A DNA stretch of 64,000 bases from an uncultured Gammaproteobacteria bacterium (GTDB taxonomy: Bacteria > Patescibacteriota > Patescibacteriia > Magasanikbacterales > JBBTXJ01), in contig CAZSVL010000005.1 in NCBI GenBank assembly GCA_964610305.1, positions 14,815 to 78,814 of the forward strand. Reading direction: 5' to 3'. The notes below the pieces were generated by a model, which saw nothing but the letters and a program-made list of their open reading frames with translations, did no database searches and was not told the origin of the DNA. Position 1 is the first letter of the stretch; every line of letters begins with the position of its first letter. Made by a program: the position numbers and the translations under genes. Of the stretch, positions 37,117 to 46,349 are shown piece by piece.

Positions 37117-38955
37117 ATGGCAGAGCATTGGTATGGTGTAGCGCAGGACATCGCAGATTGCAAACGCTTGCAAAGGTGGGGTAGAAAAAAGAAATTGACT
37201 ATTATTACCTGTTCGCTTGAAGCGCGCCTTTTTTTGGAGGACAGCGGGACGGAAACTATCTATGTATGGGATATATTTGATATGGAGCAGCTGATTGATC
37301 AGGCTTTTTTTAAGGCAAAAGAAATGACGTTGGAAGATGCCTTTGGTGATGTGCTCTATAAAAAAGCAGCAATTCACCGCATGCATGTGGAATTTTTAAG
37401 TCACGCTGTTGCTTCAAAGATGCTTGCTGATAAAATTGTTGCCTACGTTCAAGAGCGCGCTGGCAGCGTGGTGATCGCCAAAATCTCACACATATTTTTT
37501 GGTCCATATTTTCCGTTGGCTCAGAGAAAAATGCAGCGCAACCCACTATTGCTTGAGTTTATTGTAGAAGTCTCTAATAGAGAGGGTGTAAAAAATGTGC
37601 GCCAGGGAGTGGATATGTTTTTTGCCTCTTTGTGGGCTCCGGTTGTATACCGATATGCCATATCAAAGCAGATCATCTCTGATGCTATGTCTTTGCTGTG
37701 GGGGGCTGCCAGCAAAATAAAGACAATTGACGATTTGCTTGCTTCTCATTCGCAGGTTCATATTCTCAGTATTGGATGGGGAAGGGATTTACATAGGATG
37801 CTTTCTTTGTCAGAGTTGCATCAGGAGCTTGAGGCGTCAGGTAAAAGAGCTGTTCATGTTTTGTGGCGCCCAAAAAAATTATCGGATAAGGATCAGTCAG
37901 TCGGCCCAACATTACGTATTAGAGAACAGATTAAAAAGGGGGTTACGTATGGACCATCCATTTCAATGTTGGGTTTAAAGAGGTGGCGCACGTTGTTTGC
38001 GTTTTATAGATCAGCCGCGCATTATAAAGCGTTTAGCCCAACCTTAGAAAAGCTGAGTAGCTCATCGGTGTACCGATTAAATATTTTGTATAACGCCTTT
38101 TTTTCTTATCGTGAAACATTTTTGACATCATTGATAACTGCAAAAATAATAAAAAAAGTAAGACCAAAAGTCATGTTGGGTTCAGATAGTGGTGGGGAGA
38201 GTGCGCGATCTGAGATGATAGTAGCTCAATCGGCTGGCATAAGGACTGTTAGTACGCCTCATGGGTATCAGGCTTACGCCATGGAGAGTTATAATTATTT
38301 GGCTGATAAGGTTCTCACCTACGGAACAGCTACGGCCGGTATTTTAAAGCACTGTGGTGTTCAGGAAGAGAGAATTTCTGTAGTGGGGTCTAGTCACAAG
38401 CGTTCAGGAAAAAACTCTCTAGGGTCTCCCATTAAAGTGGTCATAGGAACACGAAGTTGGGGAGGGCTGTGGTCTAACTACAGCAGTGTTCATCCAAAGT
38501 TAGATAAGAATTTTAGGGAATTGCTTCATGCGCTTAAGAAAGATGATCGGTTTGAAGTCACCATAAAATCTCATCCCAACGGAGATTTGCACGGATATTA
38601 TGATCTATTAGTTGATCGTATGGGAAGCGACAGAATAAGACATATTGCGGCTGGTTGGAGAGCGGAGGTTTTTGAGCAGAAGTGCGATATTTTAATTTGT
38701 ATGGGAGATTGTCCAAGTCTCTATGTCTCAGCGCTCTACTTAAACAAACCTATAATATTTGTTGAGGGTTGTATGAGTATGACACAGAAAAAAATGGGAT
38801 ACGTGTACGATGGTTGTGCTTCAGTTGTTAGCGATGGCGGGCAGGCATATCTGGCTTGCCTTGCAGATTTAGCAAATGATGCAGAATTTAAAGACGCATT
38901 TGGGATCGTGCAAAATACTGGCAAGAGCGTGTCCAAAATATTAACGACATTTTAA
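37117..38955 (+). CDS. Putative GT-B fold glycosyltransferase (sialyltransferase/TagF-like)
   Basis: STPHG, VTIKSHP, ALYLNKPII; paralog of the N-terminal part of 39776..42553. Confidence 0.6.
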   Translation: MAEHWYGVAQDIADCKRLQRWGRKKKLTIITCSLEARLFLEDSGTETIYVWDIFDMEQLIDQAFFKAKEMTLEDAFGDVLYKKAAIHRMHVEFLSHAVASKMLADKIVAYVQERAGSVVIAKISHIFFGPYFPLAQRKMQRNPLLLEFIVEVSNREGVKNVRQGVDMFFASLWAPVVYRYAISKQIISDAMSLLWGAASKIKTIDDLLASHSQVHILSIGWGRDLHRMLSLSELHQELEASGKRAVHVLWRPKKLSDKDQSVGPTLRIREQIKKGVTYGPSISMLGLKRWRTLFAFYRSAAHYKAFSPTLEKLSSSSVYRLNILYNAFFSYRETFLTSLITAKIIKKVRPKVMLGSDSGGESARSEMIVAQSAGIRTVSTPHGYQAYAMESYNYLADKVLTYGTATAGILKHCGVQEERISVVGSSHKRSGKNSLGSPIKVVIGTRSWGGLWSNYSSVHPKLDKNFRELLHALKKDDRFEVTIKSHPNGDLHGYYDLLVDRMGSDRIRHIAAGWRAEVFEQKCDILICMGDCPSLYVSALYLNKPIIFVEGCMSMTQKKMGYVYDGCASVVSDGGQAYLACLADLANDAEFKDAFGIVQNTGKSVSKILTTF

Positions 38956-38984
38956 GCGCACTAAGCGCATGAAAAGTAACTTTT

Positions 38985-39761
38985 ATGAGAGCATATAATT
39001 CTGGCTTTGTTGACTATAACCCGCAAGGGCTAGTTTTAGAAATTGCTTCAGGGCTGAATCCCACCTTTGAGGCAGATGTATTACTGGAAGCAGACAGATC
39101 ATTTATAGAGCCCTTAACCAAACGAGGTTATGCCGCACTATACGGTGACGCACTGAATCTTCCTTTTAAAGACAAGAGTTTTGATTATATTAGCTGTTTG
39201 CATTTGGCGGAGCATTTTGAGAAGCATGAGTTGGTTCAGTTTTTTTCAGAGCTGCAGCGCGTGGCGTCAAGAGGGTATCTAGAGGTTCCCTCAATTTACT
39301 GGGAACTGATGGCCAACTGTGATGCGCCGCTGGTTGGAGAAGGGACTATAGATGGGCATCATAAACAATTGTGTTTTCTGCACGACGGCGTGCTGCACAT
39401 GATAAGGAAATCTGATGAGAAAAATCCAGAGCATCAGCTACTCAGAGCTCTTTTCTTTAATGCTATCAACGCTGACGCTACGGCGGAAAATATTGAGATA
39501 ATGATGATAGGATTTCAGTGGGAAGGGGAGATTAAGGTAGAGTTTCATGAATCTCTTGCGGCAGTTCCTGAATATTTGAGCAGAGCAATGGTCTATCGGT
39601 TAAAAAAATATGGCGAGAGTAAAAAAAGTAAGACACCGCTGGCGCGGATGATTCACGGATATCTAAAGGCGCTTAAGGATAAAAAAAGAAAGAGAGAAAA
39701 ATCGGACAAGCAACGGTTAAAAGGGCGTAAACAATTTAATATAGAAGATCTTTGCAGGTGA
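38985..39761 (+). CDS. SAM-dependent methyltransferase
   Basis: VLEIASG, GDALNLPFKDKSFDY...HLAEH, ELQRV. Confidence 0.85.
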   Translation: MRAYNSGFVDYNPQGLVLEIASGLNPTFEADVLLEADRSFIEPLTKRGYAALYGDALNLPFKDKSFDYISCLHLAEHFEKHELVQFFSELQRVASRGYLEVPSIYWELMANCDAPLVGEGTIDGHHKQLCFLHDGVLHMIRKSDEKNPEHQLLRALFFNAINADATAENIEIMMIGFQWEGEIKVEFHESLAAVPEYLSRAMVYRLKKYGESKKSKTPLARMIHGYLKALKDKKRKREKSDKQRLKGRKQFNIEDLCR

Positions 39762-39775
39762 TTTTTCAGGGCTGT

Positions 39776-42553
39776 ATGAAATACGGTTTTATAACGGAAA
39801 CAATTGAGGATTGTAAGCAGGTTCTAAAATGGTCAGCGTCTGTTGGCAAGGCTGAGATTGTTGTGATTGCTTTGTCTTTGGAATCTTTTGAATATTTTAA
39901 GCGCAACAGTTCTTTAAAGATTTCATGTTTGCATATCTGGGACATAGCAGACATGGAAACTATTATTGATGAGGCGTTTGTTGATGCCGAGCAGTCATTT
40001 AAAGAATGGATGAATCTTTTTTCTGACCGTGAAGATTCTCTATTTGATGTTGCCGTTCAGCACCGTTTTCATATTGAGTTCTTAAACCACGCACATGTTT
40101 GCTTGAGTGTGGCAACTCTAATGGCTACCTATTTTAAAGAGAGCGGGTTAACGTATGTGGTGTCTGCCGTGCATCCGGTTTTTGCTGGCCCCTTTTTTCC
40201 TAATCATCACAAGAATATAAGACGCAGTTTTCTTTTTAAGTCCATTTCTTATGAGATTTTTGTAAGAAAGAATGTTTCCTGCCGTTTTATTGATAAGAGA
40301 TCTTGGTTTGTACTCAAGGCTATTCCCGCTCTGCTTTGGTTTCGTGTGATAAGTAGATTGCTAAGAGATGGGGCTATATTTGTCGTTGATAGGTTGCGCA
40401 AGCGCCCAACACTTGAGCGCATGTTTGCTGCGGGACCCAAGCATGCCGATGTTGTTTGGTCTGGGTGGGGTAATGATTTGTCTGTCTATTTCTTGCCTTC
40501 AGAAGTTCATAGGCTTTCTGTTGAAAGTGGGTACACATCGGTACATATGGTAAGCAGGCCACAAAAGCTGAAGGAGCACAATGCTAACTTTGTTAAGGAG
40601 CATGACAATCTTTTTTTTCATACGCCCGATGAGATTCACAAAGCAGTTTCACATGGTCCTCGGATATCGCTTTTTCCTCTGTCAACGTTGAAGCGGTATG
40701 TAGGATCATTTTTACGATCCACCATTCCTCACCGATTTCGCGCTTTAAAAAATCCTAGCGGCATGCCTTCTTTTAAAGCACTTCTTGCGCTAAAAGGATT
40801 TAGGTGCGCCATGGCATTTAATGTTTTTATTGCTTATAGAGAAGCCTTCTTTTCAAAAGAGCTAAGTCTGGCAATAGCTAAGCGTTTTAATCCTGCTTTT
40901 TTTGTGGGGACCGATAGCGCTAACGTTGCCTGCCGGGCAGAGCTTGCTGTTATGAATGCTCGGGGAGTAACCACTCTTAGCATACCTCACGGCTATAAGG
41001 CCTATGCGGTGCGACCTTATGATTATTTGGCTCGTTTTGTTTTGGCGCCTGGTAGTATGAGTAAATCTCTTGCGGTTTCTGTCGGCGTGCCTGAGGAAGA
41101 TGCAAAGATTGTTGGGTGTCGAGAAATAGGGAGAAAGAAAATTTATGACGCAACTAAACAAAAAGTAAAAGTTGTTATAGCAACGAGGAGTTGGGGAGGT
41201 ATGTGGTCTAATATGGGAGTTGTTCAGAAAGAGTACGATATTCAGCTGCGATCTCTAATTGAAGGTTTGTCAAAAAAGGCATCTTATGAGACCGTAGTAA
41301 AATCGCATCCAAACGGTGATTATCATGAGTACTATGATCTTATTGTCTCTGGGCTTGGTAGTCCATCGGTAAAACATGTTAGTAAGGGGTGGAAGAGGGA
41401 TTATTTTTTGGATCAGTGTGATGTTGCCGTATTTTTGGGGGATTGTCCCAGCTTCTTTGTGACCGCTCTTATGAGCGGGATACCGTGCGTTTTTATAAAG
41501 GGGACCATGAGCAAGTCTCAAAAGAGAATGAATTATTCTTTTGATAGATGCGCTTATGTGGTTGATGATGTTCAGCAAGCCTTAGAAGCTATAGATAGTC
41601 TTGCCTCTGGCACTGAGTTTGCACACGTGGCTTTGGATAAGCAGAACTCACGCGTTGATGAGCTCAGGGGTGCGCAAGCTCCAGAGGAGGTCGCAATGCA
41701 ATTAATTTCAAAATTTTCTATGCCTATCTCAAATGAGAGGAGCCAAAAAACAGATATAGCTCTTTTGCTTGTTGCAACCATTAACATAGGAAACAAGGCG
41801 CTACTAAAGCGCAATAATACCAAAGAGCGTTTGCTGGATTATGAGCAGTCATTGCGTTTGTGGTTGAAACAAAAAAGCATCAGTAAGATTGTTTTTGTAG
41901 ATAATTCAGCATACAGTCTTGATAGTTTAAAAAAGGTTGCGGCAGAGCATAATACGCTTGGCAAAGAGGTTGAATTTCTCTCTTTTAATTTTGTTTCTCC
42001 AACTGATTCAAATATTGCATTGGGCGAACTGGTGTCTATTGATCACGCGCTGGAGAATTCAAAGCTATTGAGTACTTGCGACTCTTTTGTTAAGATGACT
42101 GGCCGGGTATTCGTTCGTAATATTGATGCTATTGTGAAGGATTTAGATGCAGGCTTTCACATGGTCTCCCGGCTTTCTGAGAATTTAACGTATGTAGATA
42201 GCGCTTCTGTTATCTTCAATAAAAAGTTTTATCTTGAAATGGTTTCTGGTTTCTGCAAAGATGAACTTAAGAGAGTGATTGAGCGAGGAGAGAGGACTGA
42301 TATTGAAAGGTTGTTTGCAAAAGCCTTGCATAGAGGTGTTGCGCTAGACTACCGGTGGTTCCCCTATTCTCATGAGCCGGTTTTGCAAGGCATGTCTGGA
42401 ACAAAAAATATTTCATATGCAAAAAGACACAATGCCTACAGAGCACTAAAGATGCATGTTTTTGGGAGAATGTTTTATAGGCTTACCAGAACATCTTGGG
42501 GGGAGAGTTCTGGCCGCAGACATTTAATGGATAGGTGGGGGATAGAAAAATAG
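39776..42553 (+). CDS. Two-domain putative glycosyltransferase fusion
   Basis: N-part matches 37117..38955 (ATRSWGGMWSN, KSHPNGD, GDCPS); C-part matches 29074..29991 (VFVDNS, GRVFVRN, YRWFPY). Confidence 0.7.
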   Translation: MKYGFITETIEDCKQVLKWSASVGKAEIVVIALSLESFEYFKRNSSLKISCLHIWDIADMETIIDEAFVDAEQSFKEWMNLFSDREDSLFDVAVQHRFHIEFLNHAHVCLSVATLMATYFKESGLTYVVSAVHPVFAGPFFPNHHKNIRRSFLFKSISYEIFVRKNVSCRFIDKRSWFVLKAIPALLWFRVISRLLRDGAIFVVDRLRKRPTLERMFAAGPKHADVVWSGWGNDLSVYFLPSEVHRLSVESGYTSVHMVSRPQKLKEHNANFVKEHDNLFFHTPDEIHKAVSHGPRISLFPLSTLKRYVGSFLRSTIPHRFRALKNPSGMPSFKALLALKGFRCAMAFNVFIAYREAFFSKELSLAIAKRFNPAFFVGTDSANVACRAELAVMNARGVTTLSIPHGYKAYAVRPYDYLARFVLAPGSMSKSLAVSVGVPEEDAKIVGCREIGRKKIYDATKQKVKVVIATRSWGGMWSNMGVVQKEYDIQLRSLIEGLSKKASYETVVKSHPNGDYHEYYDLIVSGLGSPSVKHVSKGWKRDYFLDQCDVAVFLGDCPSFFVTALMSGIPCVFIKGTMSKSQKRMNYSFDRCAYVVDDVQQALEAIDSLASGTEFAHVALDKQNSRVDELRGAQAPEEVAMQLISKFSMPISNERSQKTDIALLLVATINIGNKALLKRNNTKERLLDYEQSLRLWLKQKSISKIVFVDNSAYSLDSLKKVAAEHNTLGKEVEFLSFNFVSPTDSNIALGELVSIDHALENSKLLSTCDSFVKMTGRVFVRNIDAIVKDLDAGFHMVSRLSENLTYVDSASVIFNKKFYLEMVSGFCKDELKRVIERGERTDIERLFAKALHRGVALDYRWFPYSHEPVLQGMSGTKNISYAKRHNAYRALKMHVFGRMFYRLTRTSWGESSGRRHLMDRWGIEK

Positions 42554-42557
42554 AGAT

Positions 42558-43574
42558 ATGAAAAAAGAGAAGATATTTATTACCGGTATTGCAGGTTTTT
42601 TGGGGAGTCACCTTGCGGATGCCTTCATCAAGCAGGGATACCACGTAACCGGATGCGATAACATGATAGGGGGGTATCATGATAATGTGCCGCATGAAGC
42701 GGAATTTTTTCAATATGACTGTACGGATCTTCATGCCATGAAGAAAGTAATGGAAGATGTTGATATTGTGTATCATTGTGCAGCAACAGCGTATGAAGGG
42801 TTGAGCGTCTTTTCACCTCACTTGGTAACTAGAAATATAGTTGATGCCACCGTCTCAACGGTGACGGCAGCAATACACAATAAGGTAAAACGTTTTGTCT
42901 ACTGTTCCTCTATGGCTCGCTACGGAAAAAACAGAGTACCATTTACAGAGGATATGGAGCCGCGTCCGCAGGATCCTTATGGGATAGGAAAACATGCTGG
43001 AGAGCTCATGCTGCGTAATTTATCTGAGGTTCATGGCATGGAGTACGTTATTGCGGTGCCACACAATATAATTGGAGATAGGCAGAAGTACGATGATCCT
43101 TTCAGAAACGTTGCGTCTATTATGATTAACTTAATGCTCAGCGGCAGGCAGCCTATAATTTATGGTGATGGAAATCAAAAGCGTTGTTTTAGTTTTGTGC
43201 AGGATGATATCAAGGTTCTTGAAAAACTAGCATTTACACATGATGCTCACATTTTAAATAATGTTATCAATATCGGGCCGGACGAAGAGTTTGTAACCAT
43301 AAATGAGCTGGCGCAGGTTATAGCGCGTCTTATTGGTTTTGATTTGAATCCTGTCTACATGCCAGCGCGTCCGCAGGAAGTGGAATTGGCGAATTGTTCT
43401 GCTGATAAAGCAAGAAGGTGTCTTGGCTATAAAACCGAGCATTCACTAGAACAAGGACTTCAGGTCATGATTGATTCAATAAAACAGTTGGGAGTAAAAC
43501 CATTCAGATACCATCTTGATTTAGAAATTATAAATGAAAAAACACCTAGAACATGGAAGGACAGATTGTTTTAA
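42558..43574 (+). CDS. NAD-dependent epimerase/dehydratase
   Basis: TGIAGFLGSHL, SSMARYG, YGIGK, YGDGNQKR. Confidence 0.92.
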   Translation: MKKEKIFITGIAGFLGSHLADAFIKQGYHVTGCDNMIGGYHDNVPHEAEFFQYDCTDLHAMKKVMEDVDIVYHCAATAYEGLSVFSPHLVTRNIVDATVSTVTAAIHNKVKRFVYCSSMARYGKNRVPFTEDMEPRPQDPYGIGKHAGELMLRNLSEVHGMEYVIAVPHNIIGDRQKYDDPFRNVASIMINLMLSGRQPIIYGDGNQKRCFSFVQDDIKVLEKLAFTHDAHILNNVINIGPDEEFVTINELAQVIARLIGFDLNPVYMPARPQEVELANCSADKARRCLGYKTEHSLEQGLQVMIDSIKQLGVKPFRYHLDLEIINEKTPRTWKDRLF

Positions 43575-43623
43575 AGAAGACCAAAGCCTTGATTCTATAG
43601 CTGCGCTCTGATACAGTAGCTTC

Positions 43624-45738
43624 ATGAAAAAAGAAATTGAGAAGTCCTACGATGCCGGGGCTCATGAGGATATAATTTATAAAAAATGGGAAGATGCCGG
43701 ATACTTTGATCCGGATATTTTAGTTAAAGAGGGTGTAGCAGAAAAAGATGCGGAGCCATTTTGTATTATTATGCCACCACCCAATGCAAACGGCTCACTG
43801 CATATTGGCCATGCTGTTTTTGTGACACTAGAGGATATTATGACGCGCTATGCTCGTATGCAGGGTAAGCGTGCGCTGTGGCTTCCTGGTGCAGACCACG
43901 CTGGTTTCGAAACGCAAGTGGTGTATGATAAAAAGCTAGAGAAAGAAGGACGTTCTCGTTTTAAAATGGATAGAGATGAGTTGTGGCAAGAAATTTATGA
44001 TTTTACGCAGTCGCACAAGCACGTAATGGAGGGCCAGCTAAGAAAGCTGGGAGCTAGCTGCGATTGGTCACGAAACAAGTTTACTCTGGAAGACAACATC
44101 ATAAAGACCGTGCATGATACCTTTGAGAAAATGTATGAGGACGACCTTGTTTATCGGGCAGACAGGATGGTCAACTGGTGTACAAAACACCAAACATCAC
44201 TCTCAGAATTGGAAACTAAGCATCCACAACAAACTGATGCGCTTTATTATTTAAAATATGGACCCATCACCGTTGCAACAGTTCGTCCCGAGCCTATTTT
44301 TGCTGACACGGCCGTTGCAGTACATCCTGAAGATGCCCGTTATAAGGATTTGATTGGCACTAAGGTACCTATTCCACTTTCTGGAAAACAGATACCGGTT
44401 ATAGCAGATGAAATGGTGGATCCTGAGTTTGGAACCGGCGCGGTTAAGGTAACGCCTAGTGTAGACCCAAATGATTTTGAAGTTGCCAAGAGACACAGTC
44501 TAGAGATTATAGAAATTGTAGATCAATTTGGAAAAATGATGGAATCCGCTGGAGTCTATGCGGGCATGAGTGTTGCAAAGGCGCGAGAAGCCATAGTGGG
44601 TGATCTACAAAAAGCAGGGGCTATAGAAAAAATTGATGAGAACTATACTCACGCCGTATCTGTTTGCTACAAGTGCAATAGAATACTAGAGCCGCGCATT
44701 TTGCCGCAATGGTTTGTAGCCATGACAAAGGAGCCAAAAAGTGGAGGTAAATCGCTCCGTGATCGTGCCGTTAAAGCGGTTAAAGAGAAGCGAGTACAAT
44801 TTGTACCCAAGCGAATGGAGAAGATATTCATGCATTGGATGGAGAATTTAAAAGACTGGAACATATCAAGGCAGATTGTATGGGGAATTAGAATTCCTGT
44901 TTGGTATAAGGATGATCAGATTCATGTAGGCGATGATCCAGGAGAAGGATGGACACAAGAGACTGATGTTTTTGATACGTGGTTCTCTTCTGGTCAGTGG
45001 CCTTTTGCAACGCTTCAGAATGGAAAAAGCGGAGACTTTGACACCTTCTACCCAACATCAGTAATGGAGACGGGGCATGATATTATTTTCTTTTGGGTCG
45101 CTCGGATGATTATGTTTGGTACCTACGTGGCTGGCGATATTCCTTTTAAAACCGTATATCTGCATGGCATGGTGCGGGACAAGGATCGCCAAAAAATGAG
45201 CAAATCAAAAGGCAATGTTATAGACCCGCTTGGTGTAGTTGATCAATACGGAGCAGACGCATTGCGCATGGCGCTCATTGTGGGAAACACGCCCGGCACG
45301 GATGTCGTAATTTCTGAGCAAAAAATAAAAGGATATAGAAATTTTGCTAATAAGATTTGGAACATAAACAGATTTTTGATGATGAATTTGCCAGAGGATT
45401 TTGAATTTCAAGGAGAATATAAGCCTGGTACTGACAGAGAAAAAGAAATTATGGATCAGCTTGTGCAGGTGGTGGAAAAAACAACTAAAGATATTGATGA
45501 GTTTAAATTTTATCAAGCGGCAGAAGGGCTATACCACTACGTATGGGATGAATTTGCGGCAAAGATAGTAGAAGAATCTAAAGAGAATTTTGAGGATCGG
45601 CAGGATTTGTTGCTTGCTGTTTGGAGCTCAGCTCTTAAGATGCTGCATCCTTTTATGCCTTTTGTGTCGGAGGCTTGCTGGCAGCATTTGCCCATAAAAT
45701 ATAAACGTCAGTTGATAGTTGAAAAATGGCCATCATAA
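43624..45738 (+). CDS. valS: Valine--tRNA ligase (short form)
   Basis: PPPNANGSLHIGH, DWNISRQ, DTWFSS, KMSKSKGN, LHPFMPF. Confidence 0.97.
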   Translation: MKKEIEKSYDAGAHEDIIYKKWEDAGYFDPDILVKEGVAEKDAEPFCIIMPPPNANGSLHIGHAVFVTLEDIMTRYARMQGKRALWLPGADHAGFETQVVYDKKLEKEGRSRFKMDRDELWQEIYDFTQSHKHVMEGQLRKLGASCDWSRNKFTLEDNIIKTVHDTFEKMYEDDLVYRADRMVNWCTKHQTSLSELETKHPQQTDALYYLKYGPITVATVRPEPIFADTAVAVHPEDARYKDLIGTKVPIPLSGKQIPVIADEMVDPEFGTGAVKVTPSVDPNDFEVAKRHSLEIIEIVDQFGKMMESAGVYAGMSVAKAREAIVGDLQKAGAIEKIDENYTHAVSVCYKCNRILEPRILPQWFVAMTKEPKSGGKSLRDRAVKAVKEKRVQFVPKRMEKIFMHWMENLKDWNISRQIVWGIRIPVWYKDDQIHVGDDPGEGWTQETDVFDTWFSSGQWPFATLQNGKSGDFDTFYPTSVMETGHDIIFFWVARMIMFGTYVAGDIPFKTVYLHGMVRDKDRQKMSKSKGNVIDPLGVVDQYGADALRMALIVGNTPGTDVVISEQKIKGYRNFANKIWNINRFLMMNLPEDFEFQGEYKPGTDREKEIMDQLVQVVEKTTKDIDEFKFYQAAEGLYHYVWDEFAAKIVEESKENFEDRQDLLLAVWSSALKMLHPFMPFVSEACWQHLPIKYKRQLIVEKWPS

Positions 45739-45767
45739 AAAAGAGCCCGCAGCGATGCGGGTTTTTT
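45737..45767. terminator. Bidirectional terminator
   Basis: AAAAAAGAGCCCGCA-GCGA-TGCGGGTTTTTT. Confidence 0.7.
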
Positions 45768-45769
45768 GG

Positions 45770-46261
45770 TCATGGTGCCCAGTTCTTAAGTCGTCCAAAT
45801 GCGCGGACGTATTTCCTTAGGCGTAGAGAGTCCTCATCAGTGATGGTCCCAAGCCTGGAGGTGTCCATATTGTGTTTGATGTCTGCCATCTTCACGATTC
45901 GTGCAATGGGATTTTCAGCGGCACGCACAATGAAGTCTTCGTACTGTTCACCTTCTCTTTTGGTGAGGCAGTCTACCGCATCCACCACATCTGTCGGGAA
46001 GCCGTGCTCAATCAGTTGACCAAGCGTAACGGTGGTATCCTCAATTACATCATGCAATAAAGCCACCATAACAATTAATTCATGCCAGAGATGGTTGGCG
46101 GTGTCCAAAGTGTGAGTGACATTGAATTTAGCGGCAAGAGAGAGCGCAAGGGTGGAAACCGTAAGAGGGTGCATAATGTAGGGCACACCTATTCTGTCTG
46201 TTTGGCCACGATGAGCAGTGGCAGCTAAAATGAGCGCATCTTCTACTGTTTTTCTTTCCAT
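45770..46261 (-). CDS. Stand-alone HD-domain (p)ppGpp hydrolase-like protein
   Basis: AHRGQTDRIGVPYIMHP, ALLHDVIEDT, VKMADIKHN; AGGAGG-type SD. Confidence 0.85.
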   Translation of the reverse strand: MERKTVEDALILAATAHRGQTDRIGVPYIMHPLTVSTLALSLAAKFNVTHTLDTANHLWHELIVMVALLHDVIEDTTVTLGQLIEHGFPTDVVDAVDCLTKREGEQYEDFIVRAAENPIARIVKMADIKHNMDTSRLGTITDEDSLRLRKYVRAFGRLKNWAP

Positions 46262-46349
46262 TGTTCCTACCTCCTTTATTAAAATCATAGCCTTTTAGGA
46301 GGCAATTTGTCAACGGCTCAAATCCATGTCACAATGTAATCTCTTTTGC

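Noticed and set aside
21071-43574. Prophage or ICE integrated at the tRNA
   Set aside because: No integrase, phage or conjugation genes, and I saw no distal att repeat near valS.
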